Source: Tubiluchus corallicola
Lineage: Eukaryota; Animalia; Priapulida
NCBI GenBank assembly: GCA_030141605.1
Contig: JAQGDQ010000201.1
Coordinates: forward strand, 248,001 to 312,000
Direction: 5' to 3'
DNA: 64,000 bases
Position numbers and translations under genes: made by a program. Shown here piece by piece: positions 30,338-42,809 of this stretch (position 1 is the first letter of the stretch; every line of letters starts with the position of its first letter). Under the pieces are notes generated by a model. It was not told the origin of the DNA and made no database searches. It saw only the letters and a program-made list of their open reading frames with translations.

Positions 30338-30442
30338 GGTGAGTGACTAGATGACCTACGGTCTTTGCTTACCCTGTCTCCATGGATAAAGTAGTTTTTT
30401 GTAAAATGGAATTTGTGACACATTATTGGAGAAAATAAAAGT
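30338..30442 (+). mobile_element. 3' tail remnant of a CR1/L2-group LINE
   Basis: gactagatgacc.acggtc stem-loop whose 12-nt core is identical to the tail of the 10.3-13.5 kb LINE, followed by AATAAA at 30434. Confidence 0.55.
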
Positions 30443-30451
30443 CTATGTTTT

Positions 30452-30772
30452 TCATAATAATTTTGGCTGCTTAAAGCTCAATCTCTCCTTAAAAAGTTTT
30501 AAATTGGGTGCATTAACCACTCTTTCTGGCAAACTGTTCTGCTTGTTCACTACACAGTGTGAAAAAAATGAACTTTTACAATTAGTTCTTGCATAACATT
30601 TATACGGCTTCTTAGGATGACTGCGAATGGACAGTAGAGGTGCAGCCTTAAGTAGTGTATCACAGCTAACGCGATTGTCTGCATTTATGTACTTGAATAC
30701 TTCGTACAGGTCAGCTGTTTCTCTTCTCTGTTGGAGTGAACATATCTCAGACGCAAATGGGCTGCATAACAC
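30452..30772 (-). mobile_element. Decayed CR1 ORF2 C-terminal fragment
   Basis: SLQQRRETADLYEVFKYIN...RSHPKK...FFSHCVVNKQNSLPERVVNAPNLKLFKERL is a typical CR1 ORF2 C-terminus. Confidence 0.75.
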
Positions 30773-33700
30773 AATCGCAAGTGCAGAGATGCCTAGTTGA
30801 AAACCTATTTCTTTATTTCCACTTCATTGTTGAGATATGTCTTCTAAATCAGACTGTTGTGTACTAATCTCAGCTAAACATTGAAAACTATGCAAAATTT
30901 TATTTTTAGCTAATATAACATCATATAGCTAATAAGTAAAGGACAGTATTTGTTTGGAGCTATATTTTACTTTCATCAATAATTTACAAAGAATTTACAT
31001 ATAGGGGTTACTTGGGGTTACCGTATATAGCCAAGACCTTCTTCACCAAATAGGCGAGCAAATTGACATGCTAAAATGACTAAAAAGTGCCAGTTTGCAA
31101 GATCAAAATGCATTTTATTCACTTTATTCACACAAGTTTCATCTTTTCAACCAGTCAATATCCACTTTGCTGTTTACTCGCTTTTCTTTACTCTTTTAGC
31201 TGCAGCAACTCTGTGACATACAGTCAAACTTTTCTTAATCTATCTTTGTTGCTATCACACAGAATATATTATGTATTGCACATACGTGGGTTTCTCAATT
31301 CCGATTCAGTCTCATTCTATCCCAGGTTGCGAAATTAGCCTGTGCAATTTCCAGGAATAGAATGCACATGTGGTAGAAATTAGCAAAAGAATACTATACA
31401 TAATAAAACTGCAAAGAAAGTTACAAATAAAAATTTTTCATGTTTAAGTGATAAACTTGTGTGCGCACCACCATCACATAGAGGCGAAAGGGCACCAAAA
31501 TCATTATTGGCTTCTCCGGATAGAAGCAGCCAACATTAGTTATCTTTGGCTGCCAACTCATTTGGCATCCTGTACTTCTGTGTGAAATTTATGTTAGCAA
31601 CTTATTTGTAAATAAAATTTTGCTCATAGCATAGGCTTGTGCTTAGTAGCCTTATTTGGCCAGCCTTATATTTTTTGATCAGTCATCTACCTTCAAGAAT
31701 GATCGATGAGCAACTAATCACGATTGATAGCAATTTTTTATAGCTTTGCCATTTTCATTATTTTAGAATGTTAAATTTTTTGCTGTTGTTTTACCTCTTA
31801 GGGTTAGAATTATAAATTGTTGTAATTGTTACTCGCACAATAAACTGTATTTATTGGCTATCATGTGTTTTTATATGAAACATTGTCATACATGTGTTAA
31901 TGTTTGAGTAGCTGGTTTACAAAAAGCTCTAAACAGTAATCAGATACTAGGTAAACAGTCTTATTCAGCCGTCATAAACTTAAGCTGTTCTGACAGAAAG
32001 ACATTCTGCAAAGTGCAGTATTTTAATTAATAAAACACTGTTTCATCTTAGTGCATTTTCAATAGAAAAGCAGTGGGAGAATTTGCCCTGGTCTCCTCGC
32101 GTGGAGATGGCGCTGCCGATGTGATTCCGTGATCAATGGCAGAACCATATCACCCATGTTGTTTTCATATTGCTTTTTGGCTGTTTCATTTGCCAAATTT
32201 CTTTCATATTTTTTTATACGTTGTTACACATATTCGTATAAATGTGTTGTTAATGACATTTCTTGCTAATTGGCACTGTTAGTTTTTTGTCCTGCAGTAA
32301 TTAAATGGCAGAACAGTGGTGAATAGAGTGAGCACTTCTCCGGATTTGTGCAGACGTGTCAGGGAATTCGGCTAGTTATGAGGGAGCTAAATGCGTCAGG
32401 GACAATCATTGTTTTGCAATCGAGCCCATATTTTTTAAACTTACAATTAAATTGAACCAATATAAATGCATGTTAATGAAATTAACCCGAAATAAATATG
32501 TGCTCCGTTAACTTTCCGGCACAGTTATAATTGTTACGTATAATTGTTTTAGCTTTTCAAATTTCTTTCGATGTTTAATTTTTTCGGCTCCTGGTTAAAC
32601 CTACCTTGGTGATTCACATTGACTATGATTACACATGATTAGTCACATTCTAAAAAACCCCAAGAAAATTATTGACAGTTGCCATTGCAATTGCAAAATA
32701 TACTTTCAAAGCGTAAAATTTTGTTTATTTGTGGTATTGAACTTCAAACATAACGTGTTTGATGTTTCATCACTAAATTGCAGTACAGTATACAGTAATT
32801 AATTTTTTCTTGTGTCATGAAATAAAAAACTAAGCCACTATACAGAAAACTCTAATAATCGTTCAATTTTTTTGCATCATTTTAGATTGCAAAGTAATAA
32901 AAAAATTTATAGTTGCTGGCTTGCTGTGCCACGTTGGCGACTCGCAGTGAGTCCGGGACAACTCGTTTCCACACTTTTCCCCATTACAATTGACTAACCT
33001 GAGATGTTAGGGAAATCACTTTCACAAGGTGATCACCCTAGTGGTGAAGTGTGCAAAATCTTACACAAATGTATAATTAAGCAGTCGTGGATTATGTTCA
33101 TTGATTATTTCTTAGTCGCGTGTGACTGATTTTCAATTAAATTGATTAATCTGAACAACTAGTATGCAGTTAGTTATCATTAACTATAATAACATTTAAT
33201 AAAAACTGGGCTAGATTTAATAACTGGCTTAAAAAATTTTCTTTGGTTGTCAAATTAGTAAATCTTTAACTACTAGTCATTAACTAACTATCTATACATA
33301 CATCCACCAGTAAAATTCTGTCCAAAAAATTTTAAATTTATCATTTGTCTGTATTTGAAAATTACGTTTTCTTAAGAAATCATAGATTTCTCGGACCTTA
33401 ATGTTAATGTTCAGAACTTTTGAATTAAACTGCTTTGTAAATCTGTTTGAATGTTGAATAATACTTTATTGATACTGATTGTTTGCGGTTGTAGAATGGT
33501 GGTTCTACATTTACCGAAAAGTTAATTACGTGTACTATGTTTCTTCTTGTACCATTACATTTATTTTGCGACTAATAAATAAGAACACCAGTCGTTTGCA
33601 ATCTACCTTGCCTCTTGCTGATTTCTTACAAACTTCAAATAGAACTGCTGTGGGCTTTAGAAATGTGAGATGCAAAAAGAGTGACACCTAAGAGACCTAA

Positions 33701-36700
33701 CTCGAGGCAGTCTCTCCTAATCTTGAGAGGATAGTGTTCTTGTTTTACTAAAGTTGTATAAAGCAATTTAAATTGCGATTCTTACTGTCGTTCATGGGTC
33801 ACGCAAGTAATTTTTTGGTTTTCATTGGACTCAAAGTTGTAAAAATTTGACAACACATCCAAACGACTGTCATCCTTTACTTATTCTAGGCTGCACAAGA
33901 CCTTTGTTAAGCTTTGCCTTCTTTGGCAGCCTACAGGGCTAGGGCTGTTAGATAGTCAGTTGCTTGGTGCAAGAAGTCTCTCTAAAAACTCTGACATTGT
34001 CTTTGGAAGAGTAAGTTTCTGATGCAAAAAATACCCTAGAATCCCCGAACATTGATTGATGTTTAACATAAATTTATACTGTCTGTAACGCGCTTTTTTC
34101 TTGAAAGATTCTACTGAAGAGCATCAGGCAAATTTCTTAAATTCGTATTTACATAAACAGTTCAGAGTCGCTTTAAACACTACAGCACTCGCAGTTAAAT
34201 TTCAGTGGCGACCTGTAGTTAAAATTAGTGGGGGTGTTGCTTCAGAAAACTTTTAACCTTCAAACATTGGTATACATTTAATTTTAATGTTGTAATTTTT
34301 AACAAACATACAAAAATTTATAAATGAACTTGATAAAATCCTAAACAAAAACAAAAAAAATTTGCTTTCGAATACCCTAAGTTGCCGCTGTTCAAAAATA
34401 TGCCAGTGCACAGTTTTTAAGCACGTGACAATTGAGAACAAACTGTGTGAGTGACGGTACATTCTCTATCTAGCAGCAGACGCTAGCAATGCAGCATACA
34501 GCGTCTTATCTCAGACATGTGCTCATGCACACGGACTGTAATTATGAGTGTTAAGTTGAAAACTATTCTGAAATAGTTATCTATTTGTTATTTTAAAACG
34601 ATATAAATTTAAAGTAAAGATTTCTGTGCATTTGAAAATATGTAAAATTTGGGTACATTTTTTCTTTGTCGTTATTGTTATTCTCAGATATTGGAATCGC
34701 TTAACAGTTAGTTGTTACATGATTTCAGAAGACAGAACCTAAATATTGACAGTTTTTTTCTGAAATAAGCAGCCATTAACTAATTACAGATTAATAATCA
34801 ATAAATAGAAGTTAAATCAAATTGCATTTATCAATAATAAAAAGTTAGCCCAATTTCTGTTTTTGTTGTGCACAGTGCACACCCTTGGGTGAAATCCAGA
34901 CTGCTCTGAGACGAAGCGACCATAGTTTTTATACAGCATTTCAGATAGAAGGCTCTTTAGTCCAGCATTGTGGTCCAGTCACACAAGCATTTGGGTCGTC
35001 AGTGACCAGCATTGAGTTTTCAAATTTTATCAGCAGGTAAATAGCTCTGCACAAAATAGTTGATGGTCAAGTGTCAACCATGATCAGTCAGATATATCTG
35101 AAAAACTGATCGAATGCACTTGAACTTGGTCTTCATGAAATAAAACATGTTACTTTTTAATAAATAAAATGCTGGGTTTGCAATTACATGTTGAAGTCGC
35201 ATCTTGACCTGTGGCATTGCAGAGGTTTGGTGATACCTGGGCCCAACTTCCTTGATTGCCTGTCCCCTGGAGATGTAGTAGTTTGGCGGGTAAGCAGTCT
35301 CGCCCACAAATGCATCTACCTGCAACTTTAGGCCGTTTCTGAAACTTCAGAAGCACACTTGCAGAGCAAACTTTTAAATGGTAAACTAAATTTTTTGTAC
35401 CTTTGTCTTTGTAACTATTATAACAAATAAGAGCAAATGACTTAAAAGATTCTTACATAATTCAATAATGACCTTCACATACTTCACACAGATATGTAGT
35501 TTATGTACAAATAAGTTCATGTAAATTGATGTGTACAACGATTATTTCCAAAATTTAATGCTCCCTGAAGTGGATTCCCTAGGACCATCATCCCCTGTCA
35601 TCTCACACCAGTGCCTGACCATCTGACCAAGTTGGTTCCTGACCATACACTATTTCATCAAAGAGGGACGTCTGAACTGCAAATTGTGCATTTAATCTTG
35701 TAAGAAATTACTCCTTGATTATATATGGATTATTTCTAGTCAATGACCAGTTGTAGTTTCTCTATCTCTCAATGAAAATGGTTTTAAGTAAGATAATTAG
35801 AATTAGGGGAGAAGCATTCAGAAACAAAAAGCTCATTTGATAGGAATGACCAGCGACTACTCATTGATAAGAAGTATGCTCAAGTGCCAGGCAGAATGCC
35901 CAAAGTGCAATATGTAGTCATGGTAGTGTGTACAAATGTGGATTAGCTAGGAAGCCTTTTCTTCCAAAGATTTTGCAACTCTGTTTTTGGCTGATATCAA
36001 CATGTTTTGTTTTTAGAGAGACAGGCCTCGTGGTAAGGCTTAGATAATTTGTGTAGACGTCAGTGCTTTATGTTTTGCACAGTGCTGGCAAATCTGATTT
36101 CTTTGTTTTATTTTCTTTACATCTAATTGCTAGCTTATGAGTCATCAAATTTACTGTACTGCCGAAGTGTTGTATGTGAACTCTCTTAAATTCAGACTGT
36201 TTGAGCGTCAGTATTTTATTAATATTATGCAAATTTCTTTTAATAATCGTTAGAAGCCACTCCCTGTCTGCTGTACGTTGATGGCTTCATTTAGAAAATG
36301 ATTGCTTCTCTTACATTAGCTAGCCTGTTCTGTAATTTCAATGGCAGCTTGTGTTAAAAAGAAACAGCCCCCATTAATTTACCTTTTTCCTAAATTGATT
36401 AAAGAAAATTTTGTTTATTATTATTATTGCTGTAAAAGTCATATTATAAGAGAGGATTGATGTAAGTGCCCCATTGGTACGCATACTGTCTTTCGCTGAC
36501 GGAATAAAATGTACAAATTCACTAATCATTATCGATCCAACTAACTGACATGACATGATGGCTGCCTGCCTGTTCAATATTTTCTTGCTTGTTGTTGCTA
36601 TATTTAGATCAGGCCATAACACTTGGACAAAATAGTCAAGTAAGGTTGGTGCCGTGACGTCATGCATGCCTACTGGTCTGACATTGAACTAAGGGGGCGC

Positions 36701-39499
36701 TTGGTAGAGAGGTATCCCATGAGTACTCTGGGGACGAAACTGCAACTGTTGCCAAGAGCTGACACGTGGCAATATCAAACATGTCACATCGTTGCGATGT
36801 TCAGCCTTTCAGTAAGAGAAAGAGGGAGTGTGTTGTGTGGTTTTAACTTCTAGCTCATGGGGCGTATTTCCTGCTGAGGGCCATTCCTGCGTGATGTCCG
36901 CCACGTTGCTCGGCATTTTAGAACTTTAGCCTGAACTTTGGGGAGCTAAGACGAATTTTTGTTGATAAGTGTGTTGTAATAGACTCTTGCCACATGAGCA
37001 ACTGACAGCAATGACACGGCAGACTAAGGTAGAACTTGCTCCTGCCTATTGACCCTGTGTAGGAAGATACACGGTTAAGTTGCCAATACCGTTCAGCAAA
37101 AGAAGTCGTAGTTATCTGACATTAATGAGTTGGTCATTTGATTCCCTACAGAAAATATTATTTATTTAGTATTATCATCAATTTTTTTGTTTCGTAATGC
37201 AGGCTTGAGATTACTTTTTGTAGCTAACGTATAATTAGCTAGCCATTTTTGATACCTAACAAAATCCAGCGTTTCTATTTCAGGGTATTTAAATCCCGAC
37301 AAGTCAGTTGGTCTTACCGGTTTAAATGTGTAGTCATCTGGTTCTCAGCCTGTCTTTTAGCGGTCATGTTGCATCAGTGTGATTGATACATATTGTAAGC
37401 AGGCCTAGGTACGTCTTTGGGAGCCCTTTTGGAGCAAGCTGATGAACAGCTAGAAGTTACTACGAACATCTAGGAGCCATAAAATTACTCATTTGTGGGC
37501 ATTTCAGTTTGTGTTCAAGAACTTTCCATCAGACAATATGAGTGCCAGACGGTTTGAATGGGGCGAGTGAAAGCAAAACGTTGTTTCTTTGTTTGCATAC
37601 GGGTTTAATGTCTTGTGAAGTTTCACCGCTTGTCCAAAAAAATATACACTATCACTTGTGATATCTGCTTTACTACCAGTAAAACTGGCCTTTCATTCAA
37701 TTAGAGAAAAAAAGAGTTGTCATGTAGCTACGGGGCAAGTTTGTGTGCAAACTTTTAGCGTAGTGAACTGTAGGTCACTGTTCACTGTGAAGTTTTGAAC
37801 TGTTCTTATTATTTATTCAGGCGTAAGCTTATAAAACGTTACTGAAAAATAGTGTTATGTTTGCAATTTTGGATGCCTTTAGAATCTTTCACTATGGTTT
37901 CAGTATGGTGTAAAAGTTTTTGAACCAAAGTGTTTTTATGCAAATTGTTAGCAGTCGCAATTTGCATTTTACCTGCGTAAAGTGTATAGTATCTGGTAAA
38001 TTGTAAGATTAGTCATTCTTTATACAAAACACTACTTTCCGGATCATTTTATTCTGGTAGATTTTCATTTACGCGGTTACTATTGGATGAGAAATTTGAC
38101 TTTTATTGAAACTTGTATCACCAAGAGTTGAAATGGATTAGGTAGGTCAAACTGTCAAAGATTTTTTATTATTATTAACTGTGTATTGTACAGCAGGTTT
38201 TCGTAGACAGTAATGATCAAACCAGTTTTGTGGTTTGCTCAGAGCACGTATTTTTCCAGCATTTCTTATAAATTTTCAGGCCGCCTTGGGCGCTTAGGTC
38301 TGCTTCATTGATGTATGGAATTGGCTTGCCTTGTGAGGAAATGCCGTGCGTTTTTTATCAGATATTGATTGCTGATTGATTTTCGTCACTATGTTTTTAA
38401 ATTTGTTGAGAAGAAAGCTTATTTTCCCCCAATTTGCAATTATTATAAAAGTGGCTTCCGTTTTCTTGAGTGCCGACACGTTGTTTCCACTGTTAACTTT
38501 GAGCTTTCTTTGTGCCGTAATGTATTGAGAACCTTTCCTTGTCGATTTTTCTCTGATCATGCGAAAATTGCGTTCTGTCATTGGATAATTGAGTTAGGGA
38601 TTGTGTCATTATTGAACAGCCGCGGTGCATGACCTTAAACTCGGGACCGTATCCGAAGCAGTTGAATAACCTTGCCGCTGTGATTAACATGCCGAGTGTG
38701 ACAGATTGTTTCTTGTTTATTTTTAATGTGGAGAACATCCCTGGATATCTGAAAATAAGTGTTAAGAGAGTGCAGTGCCGAGTGGCCATAAAGCGCATGT
38801 TTTAGCAATGGTTCAATAAGATCGCATTTTGGCATTTTTCCTGAAAATGTTCGTAGAAATGAACCTTGGATTTGGACATTTGTTTACACACCGGCTTGTT
38901 TTTGTGCGCGTCTGAATTGATTTTTGCACAAAATGCTATTGCTATGCTGATTGCATTAAGCATAATAAATGCAAACTGCACTTTAGCAGAAATTGATTAT
39001 CTGCTTCTTTGTAGTGCTGTATGTTTGTGTGAGCAATAAAAATGCTCATTCTCTTTACATGTGCTTATTTTATACGCCATTACATTAGTGATTTGACCTT
39101 TAGGTAATGGAAAAGGAGATTATATTTGTCAAGCTTCCTGACCAAATTCTCTGTTGGAGTTGCATACTTTTCATAAAGATAGAGTTGCATACTTTCACAT
39201 AAAGATAGATAATACATACAATGCAATAAGTTAGAACTAGCATGCACTAAATTTTTTTTCATTTTCAGATTACATAATTTATGAATGTGTGACTCCATTC
39301 TTTTGTGTAGTAAAAAATTGGATTAAAAAGAAATTAAATGTTTTGTTTCAAAAATAGATTTTTCTATTACATGTATTACCTGGTGGAAAATATGTTGTGC
39401 TTTTCACAAAGGGGGTACAAAATGTCACTAACTGAACATTTTTTAACAAAGTTTTGACTGCTGTTTATACTTTTTCAGGCTAGTGTCTTCATTTAAATA

Positions 39500-42400
39500 A
39501 TGGAGGAAGATGTGCGAAGGGACCACTGGAAACGGGATAGAACTCACTTGGATGGTGGCTTATTTGGTGAAAACGATAGGTAATGCTGATTTTTTTTACT
39601 ACTTCATTAGGATACCATTCATTAGCTAATCTACCATTCATTAGCTAATCTGAGCACCCTACAGCTCCTTTCTTGTTTTACTGCATAGCTTGAAAAACTA
39701 CTGCTATCCAGATTTGCTGTCCAGTAACTAATTTCCAAAAATGCGAAAACCCATTAACAAATCAAATGTATGTGCAGATAATGCATTGTTGCTTTAGTTG
39801 TACATTTTGGGTAAGACTTCTGTTAGTAGTGTAGAACTGTACACTTTCTGCATAAGCGCAGGATGAATTACCGCAATTTGCGAAGTTGTGAATGCTTCGT
39901 GATAAACACCATTCTAGGAAACAAATTTTAGGTGAAACAGTTAGGCACCATAAAAGAGGTAAAATCAATATGGTCTATACCTGAGCTCAGTGACAGTTGG
40001 ACTCACTTTTAAATTATTAATGCGAAAATGCATAGTAACTTCTCGTTATAATATAGACCTGTTACATAAATTGTTAATGTAGTTGTACTTTTTTAAGAGA
40101 ACCGAAAAGGAAGAAAATGTTTCTGGATGGTGAAGTGACTATCGAGACTGGGGATGGAACTCTCAGGTAACGCATTCACAAGTATATTAGTGTTTTTTCT
40201 TGGTGATTTAAATGTAAAGTATCAACAACACAAAAAACTAATTTGGTGCTATGGTCGATCTATAAAAAGCTGTAGGTAAAACATTCTGACGAAATGATAA
40301 AGTTTGTCTCCCATCTGTTTGTACAGTAATTTACCACAGGGGATGAACGATTTGTTTGAGTGTAAATAGTAAACACCAACCAAGTGTATAGGACCCTTAA
40401 TGATTTGCCAATTAGTAATTAGTCAGTATTATTTATAATTTATTTCATAAGTCTTTAATTTGATGAGACTGTAATTAACTTAAATTGTTATTAAAGCTTA
40501 CTAGTATAATAACAGTGAATGCTTAGTTATGCTGATAACAGGATGGATTTTGCTCTAACAGTATTGCCAGTTCGTTAGAGCATGTGTCGTTTGCTGTAAT
40601 TCTTGGTACAATATTCTACTATTATTACTTACAAAAAAGCATTGTATTTCCCAGCAAGAGAAAATAGATATGGAAATAACCATAAAAATTAATAAAGCAG
40701 ATGTTGCACACTATTATGAGAGAGTTGCTTGCTTCTCTTCAAAAATTACAGTGAAACCATATTGTATTTAACGGACTAGGATTATTTAATATTGGTTTTT
40801 ACATTTTTTGTCATTGTTGTGCTGTCTGAACATTGACATGCAACTACGAATTTCTGGCTGGTGCAAAAAAAAACAAAATACAGTAATACTAGTGTTTCAT
40901 GACTTCACTCACTAAATTTTGGGAGTAGAAAGGCATCACTATATCTTCAAATTTTTGTTTGCGTTTGTTGTCTTGACAGTAAAATCACAAGAATGCATTT
41001 GTTGACAATATAAAAATTTAATAATTATTTATGAATTTCATGTGTTTTGCGGAATTAATTTCCCATATATTTAGAATACGGCTTTGTTATTACAGAAAAC
41101 TTAACAACAAAGATTTGAACTGCAACTCTGGGAGTGATCATGAGAGCTCACCTTCACTTAACGCTAGTGTTAAATCTGATTTACCTAATGGGAGTAACGG
41201 TGATGATAGCTGCTCCGGTAGCAATACGTCTAGTAAGCCACAGTCTCCTATTGACTTGCAAATGAAAAACTTTGTGAATTACGACAGTGAAACTGCATTA
41301 CATAGTACTGTGAACAAAGCTGAAAAAAGTGACACAGCTGTTGCTTCTAATGGTAAACTGAATGGCCTATTAGATCCTACTGCGGCAGAAGATGAGTCTT
41401 CGCCTGATAGTGTGATAGTGCTATCCGACAACGAAGAAGGCGCGAAGAACAAAGTGAAACTTCGCAGTTTAACTAAAAGCTTGTTGGGCATTGAAAAGTG
41501 CACTCGTGCAGAGAGGGAAGATATTGTTCGAATGTTGAAATCCGAATTGAGAAATGAAGAAGCCAAATTAGTTCTCCTGAAAAAAATCAGACAGAGTCAG
41601 CAAATCAAGGAAGCATTGTATGGTGGAGCGCACACTGCCAATGTTAATTCGGTACTTTCTCATCCATCTTTGAAAGCTAAGCAGCAAACTCAGTTACCAC
41701 CACCTCTTTTACGTGGCATCCAGCAGTCAACACGTGGTCTCAGTCATTCTGCCCAGCCAACTTCCCACAGCAAGCCACAAGCGGCCCCTCCACCTCTGTT
41801 GATGGCTCCTAGTCGCGGTCGAGATCCAACTGGTTCGATGCCAGCGAATCTTATGCTTCAACACATGAGTCGCACAGCGGCGCACGGCATTCGGTCAGGT
41901 GCCACACCACCTAATATTGTTATGGGATATCAGACACAGAAACAGGCTCCTAGTGTAACTCAGGACAACCAAACTCCCGCCCAGAGACAAGCAGCAGCAA
42001 AGCTGGCATTGCGAAAGCAGTTGGAGAAGACACTGTTGCAGATTCCGCCACCAAAACCACCACCACCTGAACTTAATTTTATTCCATGTGCTCAGAATGC
42101 AGAGTTTGTGTATTTATTGGGCCTTGAAGAGGCTGTCAAATATTTGACAGAAAATGATCCAATAAAAGGCAAACCAGCGCAGCCTGTCAAGTATGTGTTT
42201 AACCCTTTTCGTTGTGTTCAATGTAAAACAGACTTCACAACTGTATGGAAGCGAGACAAACCTAATTCTAAGAACGTGATATGTGAGCAGTGTGTCACAT
42301 CTAATCAGAAGAAGGCACTGAAGGCCGAGCATACAAATAGGCTGAAAAGTGCCTTCGTTAAAGCGCTACAACAGGAGCAAGAAATAGAGCAAAGAATACA

Positions 42401-42809
42401 ATCACAGGCCGCTGCTGCTGCTGCAACCGCAGACACCAATACTAGCAGCAATGAGCTTTCGACGGCGACTACTACGACTACAACTACACAGTCTGCAGCC
42501 AGTACTGCGGCTGCAGCTGCAGTTGCGGTTGCTTCTGCCATGAATCCAAAATTAGCAGCCGAAGCTATGAGGCACCAATCGCTTCTGCAGTCATCTCACC
42601 TGGGTGGAATGCAGCTGTCACATCTACAGAATTTACATTTACTGCCCAGGTTTATCCCTACCACTAGTACGCTTGGTTATCCATACGGATTAATTGGGCC
42701 ACAAGCACACCAGCGATCTACAGCTGATATGAACTTACATAGGCAGTACTTGCTTGATATGATCCCGCCACAGGCAATGCCCAAGTCAAATGTTTCGTGG
42801 AAGAACTGA
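39500..42809 (+). CDS. GATAD2: Transcriptional repressor p66 (GATAD2A/B, NuRD subunit), ~620 aa
   Basis: Exons 39500-39579 (MEEDVRRDHW..), 40098-40166 (EPKRKKM, NLS-like) and 41096-42809 splice in phase. CR1 coiled coil LKSELRNEEAKLVLLKKIRQSQ; CR2 QRQAAAKLALRKQLEKTLLQIPPPKPPPPELNFIP; GATA-like finger CVQCKTDFT..WK..ICEQCVTSNQKKALKAEHTNRLKSAFVKALQQEQEIEQR; C-terminal RQYLLDMIP. The two short 5' exons are less certain than the main exon. Confidence 0.95.
39613..39650. repeat. Perfect 2 x 19-bp tandem duplication
   Basis: taccattcattagctaatc occurs twice. Confidence 0.9.

Noticed and set aside
31798-31807. TTAGGG telomeric-like motif
   Set aside because: Fewer than two full units; expected by chance.
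35040-35960. Possible decayed retroelement or gene fragment
   Set aside because: The short ORFs lack identifiable RT or transposase motifs; unsupported without a search.
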